DNA from: an uncultured bacterium
Lineage (GTDB): Bacteria; Omnitrophota; Omnitrophia; Omnitrophales; Aquincolibacteriaceae
Assembly: GCA_964434115.1 (NCBI GenBank)
Contig: CAYSSX010000004.1
Location: 175,688-239,687, forward strand
Length of the DNA: 64,000 nucleotides
Reading direction: 5' to 3'
Below the pieces are notes generated by a model. The model searched no databases, was not told the origin of the DNA, and saw only the letters and a program-made list of their open reading frames with translations. Numbering within the stretch: position 1 is the stretch's first letter; every line of letters starts with the position of its first letter. Made by a program: the position numbers and the translations under genes. Shown piece by piece: positions 1-7,857 of the stretch.

Positions 1-2048
1 GACGTGTTGAGCAGGATTTCCGTGCAGAGGTTTGAGCTGTGCACCACACCCTGGTGGTCCTGAGGAGAACGGACATTGGACGGATCCTTGAACGTAATCC
101 AGGGATGACCGGTTTCGAAAAGCATGGCCAGCGTCTTGCGCCAGAGCTGGACCGCGGGAATGGTGCGGTGCAGACGGATTTTTCCGTGCTTGGCCATTTC
201 TTCGTATTCCATGTAGCGTTTTTCGAAGGCAGAACCATAAATGTCGTGAAGGTCCGGCACTTCTTCAGGGCTGAAGAGCGTCCAATCCTGGTTGAGAAGC
301 ACGCGCTTCATAAAAAGGTCAGGAATCCACGCGGCCGTGTGCATGTCATGCGTACGGCGGCGGTCATCACCCGTGTTCTTGCGGAGTTCGAGGAATTCTT
401 CAATGTCCCAGTGCCAGACTTCAAGGTACGCGCAAACCGCGCCCTGGCGCTTGCCGCCCTGGTTCACGGCCACGGCCGTGTCATTGGCAACCTTCATAAA
501 GGGAATCAAGCCCTGGCTCTTGCCGTTCGTGCCCTTGATCTGGGCGCCCATACCGCGGACCGGCGTCCAGTCATTGCCAAGACCGCCCGACCACTTCGAG
601 AGCATGGCGTTGTCTTTCACGCACTTGAAGATGTTGTCGAGGTCATCTGAAATCGTGGTGAGGAAGCAGCTGGAAAGCTGGGAATGCAGCGTGCCGGCGT
701 TAAAGAGCGTCGGCGTGGAGCTGACAAACCGGAACGTGGACAGCACATTGTAGAACTCAATGGCGCGGTCGTTCTTCTGATCGCCTTCTTTAATGGCAAG
801 GCCCATGGCCACGCGCATCCAGAAAATCTGGGGCGATTCAAGACGGCGGCCCTTTTCATGGATGAAGTAGCGGTCATAGAGGGTCTGCAGGCCCATGTAG
901 CCGAACTGCAGATCCCGTTCAGGTTTCAGGGCAGCGCCGAGCTGTTCAATGTCGAATTCCAGAAGGGCCGGGCTCATGCGCTGGTAACGGACCCCCGCCT
1001 CAATCGAGGAACGAAGAGCGGCCGGGTACGCGGAACGCATTTCCTTGAGCGTAATCGGACGGCCCACGACCTGCGAATAGCAGGTGCGAAGAAGAAGCCG
1101 GGCCGCAACGTAAGTATAAGAAGGCTCCTTTTCGATCATGGGGCGGACCGAAAGAAGCATGGCTTCTTCGATCTGGGAGGCCTTCATCCCCTTAAAACAG
1201 TTCTTCAGGGTGTTTTCAAGGATGGCTTCCACGGAAACTTCGTCTTCAATACCATGGCAGCATTCCGCCAGCGTCATCTTCAGCTTCTCGATATCAAGCT
1301 TGGCAGGATGACCATCATCACCGACGATCTCCATACCTTCTTTCTCGGCAATGGAAATCTGGATGTCGGTCTGGGTCTTGGGCTTCTCTTCACGTTCCTT
1401 GCGGCGTTCCTCGCGGTAAACGATGTAGCGCTTCGCGATTTCAGGGTGGCCGGACTTCATGAGCGTGCGCTCGACGATATCCTGGATCTCTTCTATATCT
1501 ATTGTATAGATTCCTGAAGAGAGGGCCTTGATCTGGGTCGTGACCCGCTCGGTCATCTCAAGAACGAATTTGCGGGAAGCGCCGTCAAGCGGCTGATCGC
1601 CCCGGAGAGCGGCAAACGCCTTACCCACGGCAATGGAGATCTTCTCAGGCTTAAAGGAAACCACCTTGCCGTCGCGTTTCTTGACCGTGATACGTTCGTT
1701 TTCAAAGCGTTTCAGTTCATGAATGCGGCGGTAAGCGGCATAACGGCTCGAAATCTCGTCAAAGCCCTGTTCTTTCAATTCGCGGACAACGGTATTCTGA
1801 ATATCTTCAATAAAGACAATATGGTTCTTGGCAGCACCCTGGGTTTCACACCACTTCACGACGGCTTCAGTGACTTTGCGGACATTGGCCTTGGAAGAAG
1901 CATCAAGTTCGGATTCAAGCGGGACATTATAGAAGGCCTTAAATGCGCTTTCGATGGCGTTGAAGATGTGGACGTCATAAAAAGGAACTTGCTGGCCGTT
2001 TCTTTTTTTGACCGTCAGTGAAGACACTCCGGGGGTGGATTGAATCAT
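1..2048 (-). CDS. nrdA: Class I ribonucleoside-diphosphate reductase alpha subunit, N-terminal ~680 aa only (C-terminus beyond window start)
   Basis: Minus-strand ATG at 2048..2046 preceded by AGGAGG (revcomp of 2053..2058). Translation MIQSTPGVSSLTVKKRNGQQVPF... has two ATP-cone-like segments, ...VLSTFRFVSSTPTLFNAGT... and the ...SSNLCTEI... active-site loop, and is still open at position 1. Plus-strand ORFs 39..650, 292..753, 684..1517 and 1719..2021 are antisense artefacts. Confidence 0.9.
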   Translation of the reverse strand, partial: MIQSTPGVSSLTVKKRNGQQVPFYDVHIFNAIESAFKAFYNVPLESELDASSKANVRKVTEAVVKWCETQGAAKNHIVFIEDIQNTVVRELKEQGFDEISSRYAAYRRIHELKRFENERITVKKRDGKVVSFKPEKISIAVGKAFAALRGDQPLDGASRKFVLEMTERVTTQIKALSSGIYTIDIEEIQDIVERTLMKSGHPEIAKRYIVYREERRKEREEKPKTQTDIQISIAEKEGMEIVGDDGHPAKLDIEKLKMTLAECCHGIEDEVSVEAILENTLKNCFKGMKASQIEEAMLLSVRPMIEKEPSYTYVAARLLLRTCYSQVVGRPITLKEMRSAYPAALRSSIEAGVRYQRMSPALLEFDIEQLGAALKPERDLQFGYMGLQTLYDRYFIHEKGRRLESPQIFWMRVAMGLAIKEGDQKNDRAIEFYNVLSTFRFVSSTPTLFNAGTLHSQLSSCFLTTISDDLDNIFKCVKDNAMLSKWSGGLGNDWTPVRGMGAQIKGTNGKSQGLIPFMKVANDTAVAVNQGGKRQGAVCAYLEVWHWDIEEFLELRKNTGDDRRRTHDMHTAAWIPDLFMKRVLLNQDWTLFSPEEVPDLHDIYGSAFEKRYMEYEEMAKHGKIRLHRTIPAVQLWRKTLAMLFETGHPWITFKDPSNVRSPQDHQGVVHSSNLCTEILLNT

Positions 2049-2562
2049 ACTGCCTCCTCTAAAAGGGATTTGTATCAGAATAATTTATTAAAACTTTAGA
2101 AAAACCTACGAGAAGTTTCTGCTTTTGTTTCGAGGGTGTAAGTGGCAAAACGGATTGTTGTTTGATGGATGTCAAACCAACCATTTGCGGCTCCTCAAGG
2201 CCTCTCCCCTTTTCCGGGGGAAGCGACTCAAGTTTCGGTTTTGATCCTGGATTTGGGGTCCTCGGAAAATCCTCAAAAAAACGCTTGAAAAAACACCTGC
2301 TTTTTCAGGTCTCTTCAAAGATCGGCAGCTTTAGCCTAAAACCTAAGTCTTGTATCGCGCAGAGGAAAATACAACAAGATGTAGTGGAAGTCAACGGCCT
2401 TTTCAAAAAAAACTTACTTTCCAAATGCGTCAAAAAAGACTTGCTGAACTGTCATAAAAAACAGAATGATTTTAGTGCTTTTTTTTTGAAAAAAATAGTT
2501 GAAAGTTAAAAATTTTTTAATGAAAAAAATTTCGTATGAAGAGAAATTTTCAATTCGTTGAA

Positions 2563-2895
2563 TTATTTTTTAAAAATCAGCGAGTGAATCACAAAAGCAG
2601 CGTAAAGAAGTGCGAACGCACTCGTGTAAGTGAGAAAAAAATTCATCTTCATCCAGCGGTTCAAAAAAAACGGAAGGAAGAAGACAAGCGAGAGCGGAAC
2701 ACCGGCGAGAATCGACACCGCGAACGTGTTGACCTTGTCCATGTCGCGGAATTCGTAATAAGAAAACGCGAGCGAGAGAATCGACATGATCGGAAGCGCG
2801 ATGATGAAGCCCGCGAGCGCGGGATTGCGGCCCGAGAGGTGCGACGCGTAAGCAATCGTGAGACCTGAGAGAATAATTTTAAAAACAAAGAACAT
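2563..2895 (-). CDS. Small integral membrane protein (3 predicted TM helices), function unknown
   Basis: 110 aa hydrophobic ORF; minus-strand RBS AAGGAGG (revcomp of 2898..2904) 2 nt upstream of ATG 2895. Confidence 0.55.
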   Translation of the reverse strand: MFFVFKIILSGLTIAYASHLSGRNPALAGFIIALPIMSILSLAFSYYEFRDMDKVNTFAVSILAGVPLSLVFFLPFFLNRWMKMNFFLTYTSAFALLYAAFVIHSLIFKK

Positions 2896-2968
2896 GAATC
2901 CCTCCTTTTAGATTGGGCATGGTGACTAGCCCCATTCTGCATCATTCAGCGCGGAGGTCCAAGAATAT

Positions 2969-3036
2969 TTGCCGCCGCGAGTTCCGCAGGAACGAAGTGA
3001 CGAGGACTGTCTGAGCGCCGGAAAAGACTTTTGGGA
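2969..3036. repeat. Copy 1 of a ~57-60 bp conserved repeat (GCCGCCGCGAGTTCCGCAGGAACGAAGTGACGAGGACTGTCTGAGCGCCGGAAAA...); candidate structured RNA
   Basis: Near-identical to 5066..5131 (2 substitutions in the 57 bp core). Contains the perfect hairpin GTTCC-GCA-GGAAC. Lies 12 nt 3' of the stop of the minus-strand gene at 3052. Confidence 0.6.
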
Positions 3037-3051
3037 CTGGCAAAAAAAGTG

Positions 3052-3612
3052 CTAGTACAATTCGCGGCGTAAGGCGGGATTCATCTTCGCGGGCGACCAG
3101 GGCGGGTCAAAGGTCAAATCGATCTTGCATTCCTTCACACCCGGCACGGTCAGAATCTTGCGTTCAGCGTCTTTCTTGATCCAATCCCCCATGCCGCAGC
3201 CCGGCGCGGTCAAAGTCATCAGGATCTCTACCTTGTATTCCGCGGGGTTTTCAGGCAGTTCATTCACATCGCAGCGGTAAATCAGGCCCAGATCCACGAT
3301 GTTATGCGCGATTTCAGGGTCATAACAGGAGCGGAGCTTGAGCATGACCTGCTCATCCACGGGTTTGTCGGAGTGATTTGCGTGATATTCCTTGGGGATT
3401 TCGCGTCCCAAGGCGTCCGCATCGCGGCCGGAGAGGCTGGCCATGGTGGATTGATGCGTCAAAATCGTGAAAGTGCCGCCCAAAGCCTGGGTAATACGAA
3501 CCTCGGTGCCGGCATAAAGCGTGATGTCCTGACCGCCTGGAACCGTCACGCCAAGGCAATCGCGTTTAAGGGCAATCCATTCTTCGGGTTTAGCGGATGC
3601 AAAGGGATTCAT
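3052..3612 (-). CDS. DUF59 / MIP18-family Fe-S cluster assembly protein (SufT-like) with a ~70 aa N-terminal extension
   Basis: C-terminal half ...YDPEIAHNIVDLGLIY...VEILMTLTAPGCGMGDWI...DLTFDPPWSP matches the DUF59 architecture. Start ATG 3612 overlaps the stop of the upstream ABC ATPase (ATGA). Confidence 0.65.
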   Translation of the reverse strand: MNPFASAKPEEWIALKRDCLGVTVPGGQDITLYAGTEVRITQALGGTFTILTHQSTMASLSGRDADALGREIPKEYHANHSDKPVDEQVMLKLRSCYDPEIAHNIVDLGLIYRCDVNELPENPAEYKVEILMTLTAPGCGMGDWIKKDAERKILTVPGVKECKIDLTFDPPWSPAKMNPALRRELY

Positions 3613-4520
3613 GCGCGCATTTTAGAACGGTACCGGGTACCATTCAAGGCATTTGGTACCTGGTACCGTTCGGCGGGGACTGTTCCAAAAACTTTTTTCA
3701 GGACAGCGGGCGTAAGAACTTTCTTTTTCTCTCCGCAGGCCGCAAACTTTCCGGCTTTGAGGATCAGGCCATGGGTAAAGAAAGGGAGAATGTCTTCCAG
3801 GTGATGGGTCACAAGCAAAAGAGACGGGGCCTTGGGGCTTCGCGCGAGACGGGACAAAAACCCGTAGAGGGAAAACCGGGCGCCCATATCAAGGGCTGAA
3901 AAAGGTTCATCCAGGATCAAGACTTTGGGTTCTGCCATAAGTGCCCGGGCAATGCCTACTTTGAGCTGTTCCCCTGAAGAAAGATTCTCAAACGGCGTGA
4001 ACTCGAAACGGTACTGGGTACCTTTTGGGCCCTGGTACCCGGTACCGTTCAGGCAGCCGAGCTGGCGAAGTTTAGACCGAACCTTGGAACGCAGCGCGGG
4101 GGTAATTTTGTCATGATACGCGGTGCAGCCCTCGGTTCCGGCAGCCACGACCTCAATCACGGTTTCACCTCCCCGGACATGCTTTGGGACCCACGGCGCC
4201 ACATACCCGATCTTCTTACGGAGTTCCGGAAGGTTGGTCTTGCCATACGTCTCTCCCATGACCTGCACGGTTCCACGCGTGGCCCAGAGATAACCCATGA
4301 CCACTTCCAGAAGCGAAGTCTTGCCGGAACCATTGGGACCCAGGATAAACCAATGTTCCTTGGCCTTTACCGTCCAATTCACGCCCTGAAGGACCTTTCT
4401 TCCAGCTCTCGTTAAATAAATGTTTGAGAGGTGAAGGACAGGCAGATTTGTGGGGACAGGTTTAAAAACCTGTCCCCGATCTCCTCGCTCGGCGGTTCTT
4501 TTGCTTACGGATTTTTTCAC
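3609..4520 (-). CDS. ABC transporter ATP-binding protein (ModF-like, orphan ATPase) carrying two in-frame palindromic-repeat insertions
   Basis: Walker A GPNGSGKTS, signature FENLSSGEQ, Walker B VLILDEPFSALD, H-loop LVTHH. The annotated start GTG 4520 lies 58 nt inside the ArfB coding sequence and reads through palindrome 4452..4477, so the true start is probably downstream (~4443..4470). Residues LNGTGYQGPKGTQYRFEF (element 4010..4046) and the C-terminal GTVPAERYQVPNALNGTRY (element 3629..3667) are encoded by GGTACC repeat elements. Confidence 0.75.
   Translation of the reverse strand: MKKSVSKRTAERGDRGQVFKPVPTNLPVLHLSNIYLTRAGRKVLQGVNWTVKAKEHWFILGPNGSGKTSLLEVVMGYLWATRGTVQVMGETYGKTNLPELRKKIGYVAPWVPKHVRGGETVIEVVAAGTEGCTAYHDKITPALRSKVRSKLRQLGCLNGTGYQGPKGTQYRFEFTPFENLSSGEQLKVGIARALMAEPKVLILDEPFSALDMGARFSLYGFLSRLARSPKAPSLLLVTHHLEDILPFFTHGLILKAGKFAACGEKKKVLTPAVLKKVFGTVPAERYQVPNALNGTRYRSKMRA
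3629..3667. repeat. GGTACC-type palindromic repeat element copy (GGTACCGGGTACC-13 nt-GGTACCTGGTACC), inside the 3' end of the ABC ATPase CDS
   Basis: Two 13-mers, each made of two GGTACC hexamers 1 nt apart; same architecture as the other copies listed below. Confidence 0.8.
4010..4046. repeat. GGTACC-type palindromic repeat element copy (GGTACTGGGTACC-11 nt-GGTACCCGGTACC), in-frame inside the ABC ATPase CDS
   Basis: Imperfect 13 bp terminal inverted repeats. Located between the Q-loop region and the LSGGQ signature of the ABC domain and read through in frame. Confidence 0.8.
4452..4477. repeat. Palindrome GGGGACAGG-TTTAAAAA-CCTGTCCCC (core module shared with 10274..10299 and 55781..55809)
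   Basis: 9 bp arms identical to the arms of the 26 bp palindrome at 10274..10299. Sits in the ArfB/ABC ATPase overlap region. Confidence 0.6.
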
Positions 4521-4836
4521 GTTTTAGTTCCGATGCTGTTTTGAAAGGGGGCATACCTAAAGGCATGCCCCCATGATCCCTTTGCCAAATTTCAAATTTT
4601 TCAAGCATCACCCGGCGCGCAAAAAAGCGGTTCGCATGCTGGGAGCGTTCCTTCTGCATTTTCACTTCAAGACCCGAGGGACGGTGCTTTAGATAAACAC
4701 AGGTCGCGGTCTTGTTCACATTCTGACCTCCGCTGCCCCCGGAACGAATAAACTTCTCTTCAAGGTCGGCTTCCAAAAGCCCGGCCTTCTTCATCTGTTC
4801 CGCGAGTTCCTTCACCTTTTCCGGCCCAACACTCAT
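4462..4836 (-). CDS. arfB: Alternative ribosome-rescue factor ArfB (peptidyl-tRNA hydrolase, class I release-factor-like GGQ domain)
   Basis: 124 aa, ...IRSGGSGGQNVNKTATCVYLKH... GGQ motif plus a basic C-terminal tail KREKIRKQKNRRARR. RBS AGGA upstream of ATG 4836. Confidence 0.8.
   Translation of the reverse strand: MSVGPEKVKELAEQMKKAGLLEADLEEKFIRSGGSGGQNVNKTATCVYLKHRPSGLEVKMQKERSQHANRFFARRVMLEKFEIWQRDHGGMPLGMPPFKTASELKREKIRKQKNRRARRSGTGF
4539..4565. other. Hairpin GGGGGCAT-N10-ATGCCCCC inside the 3' end of arfB
   Basis: 8 bp G-rich stem seen directly. It is translated as ...HGGMPLGMPP... in ArfB, so it may be RNA structure within coding sequence rather than a terminator. Confidence 0.3.
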
Positions 4837-4847
4837 TTTTTCCTAAG

Positions 4848-4913
4848 GGTACCGGGTACCCATTGCTGCTTGCGCTGAAATGCTAACCGATACGTTGAAG
4901 GGTACCCAGTACC
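4848..4913. repeat. GGTACC-type palindromic repeat element copy (GGTACCGGGTACC-40 nt-GGTACCCAGTACC) plus a half-site GGGTACCC at 4934..4941
   Basis: Intergenic, immediately upstream of the arfB start. Same terminal 13-mers as the other copies. Confidence 0.75.
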
Positions 4914-5065
4914 CGTGGTGAACATTTCCTTACGGGTACCCATCAACCTGCTCTTTGCGGAGACGAAACCGTCAAGGTTTCGCGAGCACGATGAAGTCAT
5001 TGGGACTTCATCGCCAGCCTCTACCCCTTGTGGGTAAGGGATCTATAAAGTGCCGGGCCAAAAGT

Positions 5066-5131
5066 TTTCCGCCGCGAGTTCCGCAGGAGCGAAGCGACGA
5101 GGACTGTCTGAGCGCCGGAAAATTCTTTGGA
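5066..5131. repeat. Copy 2 of the ~57-60 bp conserved repeat (see 2969..3036)
   Basis: TCCGCCGCGAGTTCCGCAGGAGCGAAGCGACGAGGACTGTCTGAGCGCCGGAAAA. The internal hairpin is kept as GTTCC-GCA-GGAGC (a U-G wobble if read as plus-strand RNA). 82 nt 3' of the ABC-2 permease stop. Confidence 0.6.
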
Positions 5132-5216
5132 CCGGCACCGTTTCCTCCATTTTGTGAGCCGAACGCTCCAGGAAGACAACTATGCGTCTCAGCGATCCAG
5201 CCATTTCCGCCCCCGC

Positions 5217-6023
5217 CTATTCCATTCCGGCACGTACCAACCGCCCCGTCTCCATCGCCCGCCCATAAACCCAATGAAAGAAAACCACGGCCGCGAGAAA
5301 AAACAGCCCATTCAACCCCAGCCCTGTCCAAAAAGACGACGCGCTGAGCGTTTGCCCGGCCAGCACGGCCCGCATGCCTTCAAACACATACGTGCTCGGC
5401 AGACAAAGCGAAATGGCCTGCACCCACGCGGGCATGACAGAAAGCGGGTAAAAAATCGCGGACAACGGCTGCAGCAAAAATGGAATGCCCCAGATCAGGG
5501 CCTCGGCCGCGTAACCCCACCAAAGAAGCATGGACGAAGTGAAGATGCCGAGGATCCAGGCAAACAAAAGCAAATTAAACACCAAGGGAATCAAAGAAAA
5601 CCCAAGGTCTCCGGCGATATTGAATTGATAAAGGAAAAAACACAGCACGGCCAGCACCGCGGTGATGATCAGGGATTTCAGAAAACCGTAAAGAAAGGTC
5701 GCCATCAGCCATTCCCACAAACGGAGAGGTGAAATCAAAATATTCAGAAGGTTGTGATGCCAGATTTCTTCCATCACGGAAATCGTGACCGCCTGCTGAT
5801 TGCGGTAAAGAATGTCCCAGAAAATCATGCCGCCGAGAAACGCGAACACCAGCCCGCCCTTCAGGCCCGGCGCGAAACTGCGCAGATAAATGGTGAGAAA
5901 GCCCCAGACAAAAAGGTCCATCACGGGCCAGAACACCAGTTCCAAAGTGCGCGGCAGGCTGCGGCGGTGAAGATAAAGGTAGCGGGAAAGCATGGCGTGA
6001 ATGCGGGTCAGGGAACCTTTCAT
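5217..6023 (-). CDS. ABC-2 type exporter permease
   Basis: Start MKGSLTRIHAMLSRYLYLHRR... at ATG 6023 overlapping the ATPase stop (ATGA); 6 predicted TM helices typical of ABC-2 permeases. The ORF-track extension to 6170 is upstream read-through. Confidence 0.8.
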   Translation of the reverse strand: MKGSLTRIHAMLSRYLYLHRRSLPRTLELVFWPVMDLFVWGFLTIYLRSFAPGLKGGLVFAFLGGMIFWDILYRNQQAVTISVMEEIWHHNLLNILISPLRLWEWLMATFLYGFLKSLIITAVLAVLCFFLYQFNIAGDLGFSLIPLVFNLLLFAWILGIFTSSMLLWWGYAAEALIWGIPFLLQPLSAIFYPLSVMPAWVQAISLCLPSTYVFEGMRAVLAGQTLSASSFWTGLGLNGLFFLAAVVFFHWVYGRAMETGRLVRAGME

Positions 6024-6775
6024 GAGGATTCTCCCGAAAAAAGATCGCCGGAGCGGACCATTTTGATAAAGGCCTGTTCCAGCGTTTGGGTCGAGCACAA
6101 TTTCTGAACATCCGCGGGCGTGCCTTCCGCAATGCGCCGGCCTTTGTGAATAAAAATCACACGGTGGCAAAGCTCTTCCACTTCATGCATGTTATGCGAT
6201 GTGTAAATTATGCCCATACTGCGTTCGCGCTGGACACGCATAAGAAGCTGGCGGACTTTGTCAGCCATGTCAGGGTCAAGGCTGGCCGTGGGTTCATCCA
6301 GAATCAAAAGCACGGGGTCATTGAGCAGGCTTTTCGCGAGATTCAGCTTCGTTTTCTCGCCCGCGGAAAGCGCGCCGCACAAACGGTTTTTCAGGGCGCT
6401 CATTTCAAAAAGTTCCAGCAGGCCGTGGATTTTCACTTTCGCATTCTTCACCAGGTAAAGGCGCGAAATAATTTCCAGGTTTTCCATCACGGTCAGGTTG
6501 CCCGGAAGATTTCCGTAAGCGGAGGAAAAATTGAGTTTCATGGCCAGCTCGCAGCGCTCGCGAAAAGGGGAACGCCCCAGAAAGGAAACCGTGCCGGACG
6601 TGGGCTTTAAAAGGCCGAGCAGAATATGAAGGGTGGTGGTTTTGCCCGCGCCATTGGGGCCGAGAAGCCCCAGGATTTCCCCGGTGCGGACTTCAAAGGA
6701 GAGGTTCTCCAGCGCCAGGGTCTCGCCATAAAACTTGGTCAGGCCTTCGGCGCGGAGAAGAAGGTCGGAAGCCAT
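6020..6775 (-). CDS. ABC transporter ATP-binding protein (ABC-2/DrrA-like exporter ATPase)
   Basis: Walker A GPNGAGKTT, signature LSAGEKTKL, Walker B LLILDEPTASLD, H-loop IYTSHNM. Confidence 0.9.
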   Translation of the reverse strand: MASDLLLRAEGLTKFYGETLALENLSFEVRTGEILGLLGPNGAGKTTTLHILLGLLKPTSGTVSFLGRSPFRERCELAMKLNFSSAYGNLPGNLTVMENLEIISRLYLVKNAKVKIHGLLELFEMSALKNRLCGALSAGEKTKLNLAKSLLNDPVLLILDEPTASLDPDMADKVRQLLMRVQRERSMGIIYTSHNMHEVEELCHRVIFIHKGRRIAEGTPADVQKLCSTQTLEQAFIKMVRSGDLFSGESS

Positions 6776-6782
6776 GCGGCTC

Positions 6783-7217
6783 TTAGACCTTTTTCATGGT
6801 AACAATTTCTTTCACCGAGGAATACCAGCGGTCATTGTTCAGGCCATTGGCAAAATCATCCAGCTTGGAGCGGAGCTTATCGGAAACCTTGCCGGTGAGG
6901 ATGACAATAATAATTCCGGGCCACATTTTAAGGCCTTTCAAACGTTCAACCAAGGCCTTGAGCTCAGCGGGTGTGGAAAGGTTATGCTGAAATTCAATGG
7001 CCACTTCTTCAGACACCACGAGGTCCGCGAGCACGCCGCCCGCGTCCGCGCGTTTTTTCATGGGGTAGCCGCCCAATTCCTTCTGGAGATAATCAAAGAG
7101 ATGGTCAATGCGGGCGTCTTTGTCCGCTTTCTTCGGCATTTTCCAGGCCGGAAGCGCGCTGCGGATGCGTGATGCGATGTCATAAATTTCGTAACTGCGA
7201 ACCGGTGCAAGTCCCAT
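6783..7217 (-). CDS. Hypothetical protein (144 aa), first gene of the ABC-2 exporter operon
   Basis: ORF on the same strand 8 nt upstream of the ABC ATPase gene; no recognisable motif. Confidence 0.45.
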   Translation of the reverse strand: MGLAPVRSYEIYDIASRIRSALPAWKMPKKADKDARIDHLFDYLQKELGGYPMKKRADAGGVLADLVVSEEVAIEFQHNLSTPAELKALVERLKGLKMWPGIIIVILTGKVSDKLRSKLDDFANGLNNDRWYSSVKEIVTMKKV

Positions 7218-7298
7218 TTAAAGTCTCCTGAATGAGGCGCTCATCCTAGCCGAGAAGCGGATTGAAGTAAAGTGTGATGGCGGAAGCTGAAGGCTTTT

Positions 7299-7311
7299 GG
7301 TACCGGGTACC
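7299..7311. repeat. Solo GGTACCGGGTACC 13-mer (half element)
   Basis: Identical to the terminal repeat of the GGTACC element family. Intergenic between 7217 and 7314. Confidence 0.6.
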
Positions 7312-7313
7312 GT

Positions 7314-7838
7314 TTAAAGCGTTTCTCCGAGAACGGTTTCGCCGCAGGATTCCGAGGCCGTGGCACAGCTGTCCACACGGGGCGTGGCCAAAGTGGTTTT
7401 CACGGCTTCCAGGTTGGGCCTGTCCGCGGGAATAATGCGGGTCACAAAAAAGCTATCAGGATTATCCAGCGGCCGTTTCACCGCCACAAGGGCCGGAACT
7501 TCTTTATAAATCCGCAGGCTTTCCGGCGATTGCTTATAGGCAAAAGAGGTTTCAGGAGGAATAGAACTCTTCAAATATTCGGGTGTTTGAAAAGTCACGC
7601 GGGTCAAGGGAATGGTCACGCCCCGCTGGACCGTGCGCGCAAGAAAGGCGGTGTCCAGCTTCGCGGTAAAGACCGCGTCCGCGGCGCGGGCTTCGGCCAA
7701 AAAGTTTTCACGGTCTTCGGTGCTGGTGTAGGGCATCTCGGCCGCTGACGCGTCCGCCGGGGCCGGATCCGCGGCAAAGGCCGGGGCAAGGGCTGAGAAA
7801 AAGAGGATTGCGATTGAAGAAAATAAAAGGTTTTTCAT
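7314..7838 (-). CDS. Secreted hypothetical protein with signal peptide (MKNLLFSSIAILFFSALAPAFA)
   Basis: RBS GGAGAGG upstream of ATG 7838. The ORF-track extension to 7973 runs through the next gene. Confidence 0.55.
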   Translation of the reverse strand: MKNLLFSSIAILFFSALAPAFAADPAPADASAAEMPYTSTEDRENFLAEARAADAVFTAKLDTAFLARTVQRGVTIPLTRVTFQTPEYLKSSIPPETSFAYKQSPESLRIYKEVPALVAVKRPLDNPDSFFVTRIIPADRPNLEAVKTTLATPRVDSCATASESCGETVLGETL

Positions 7839-7857
7839 AGCCCCTCTCCGTGAATAG

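Noticed and set aside
39-2021. Plus-strand ORFs 39..650, 292..753, 684..1517, 1719..2021 overlapping the nrdA region
   Set aside because: They are antisense to a clearly conserved minus-strand RNR alpha subunit and have low-complexity, Arg/His-rich composition typical of antisense frames.
4539-4565. G-rich hairpin as terminator of the ABC/SufT operon's upstream neighbour
   Set aside because: It lies inside the arfB ORF, whose basic C-terminal tail is characteristic of the family, and it has no U-tract. Kept only as a low-confidence structural note.
5127-5732. 201 aa plus-strand ORF rich in Arg/Pro/His overlapping the ABC-2 permease
   Set aside because: Antisense to a convincing 6-TM permease; its 5' end overlaps the 57 bp repeat.
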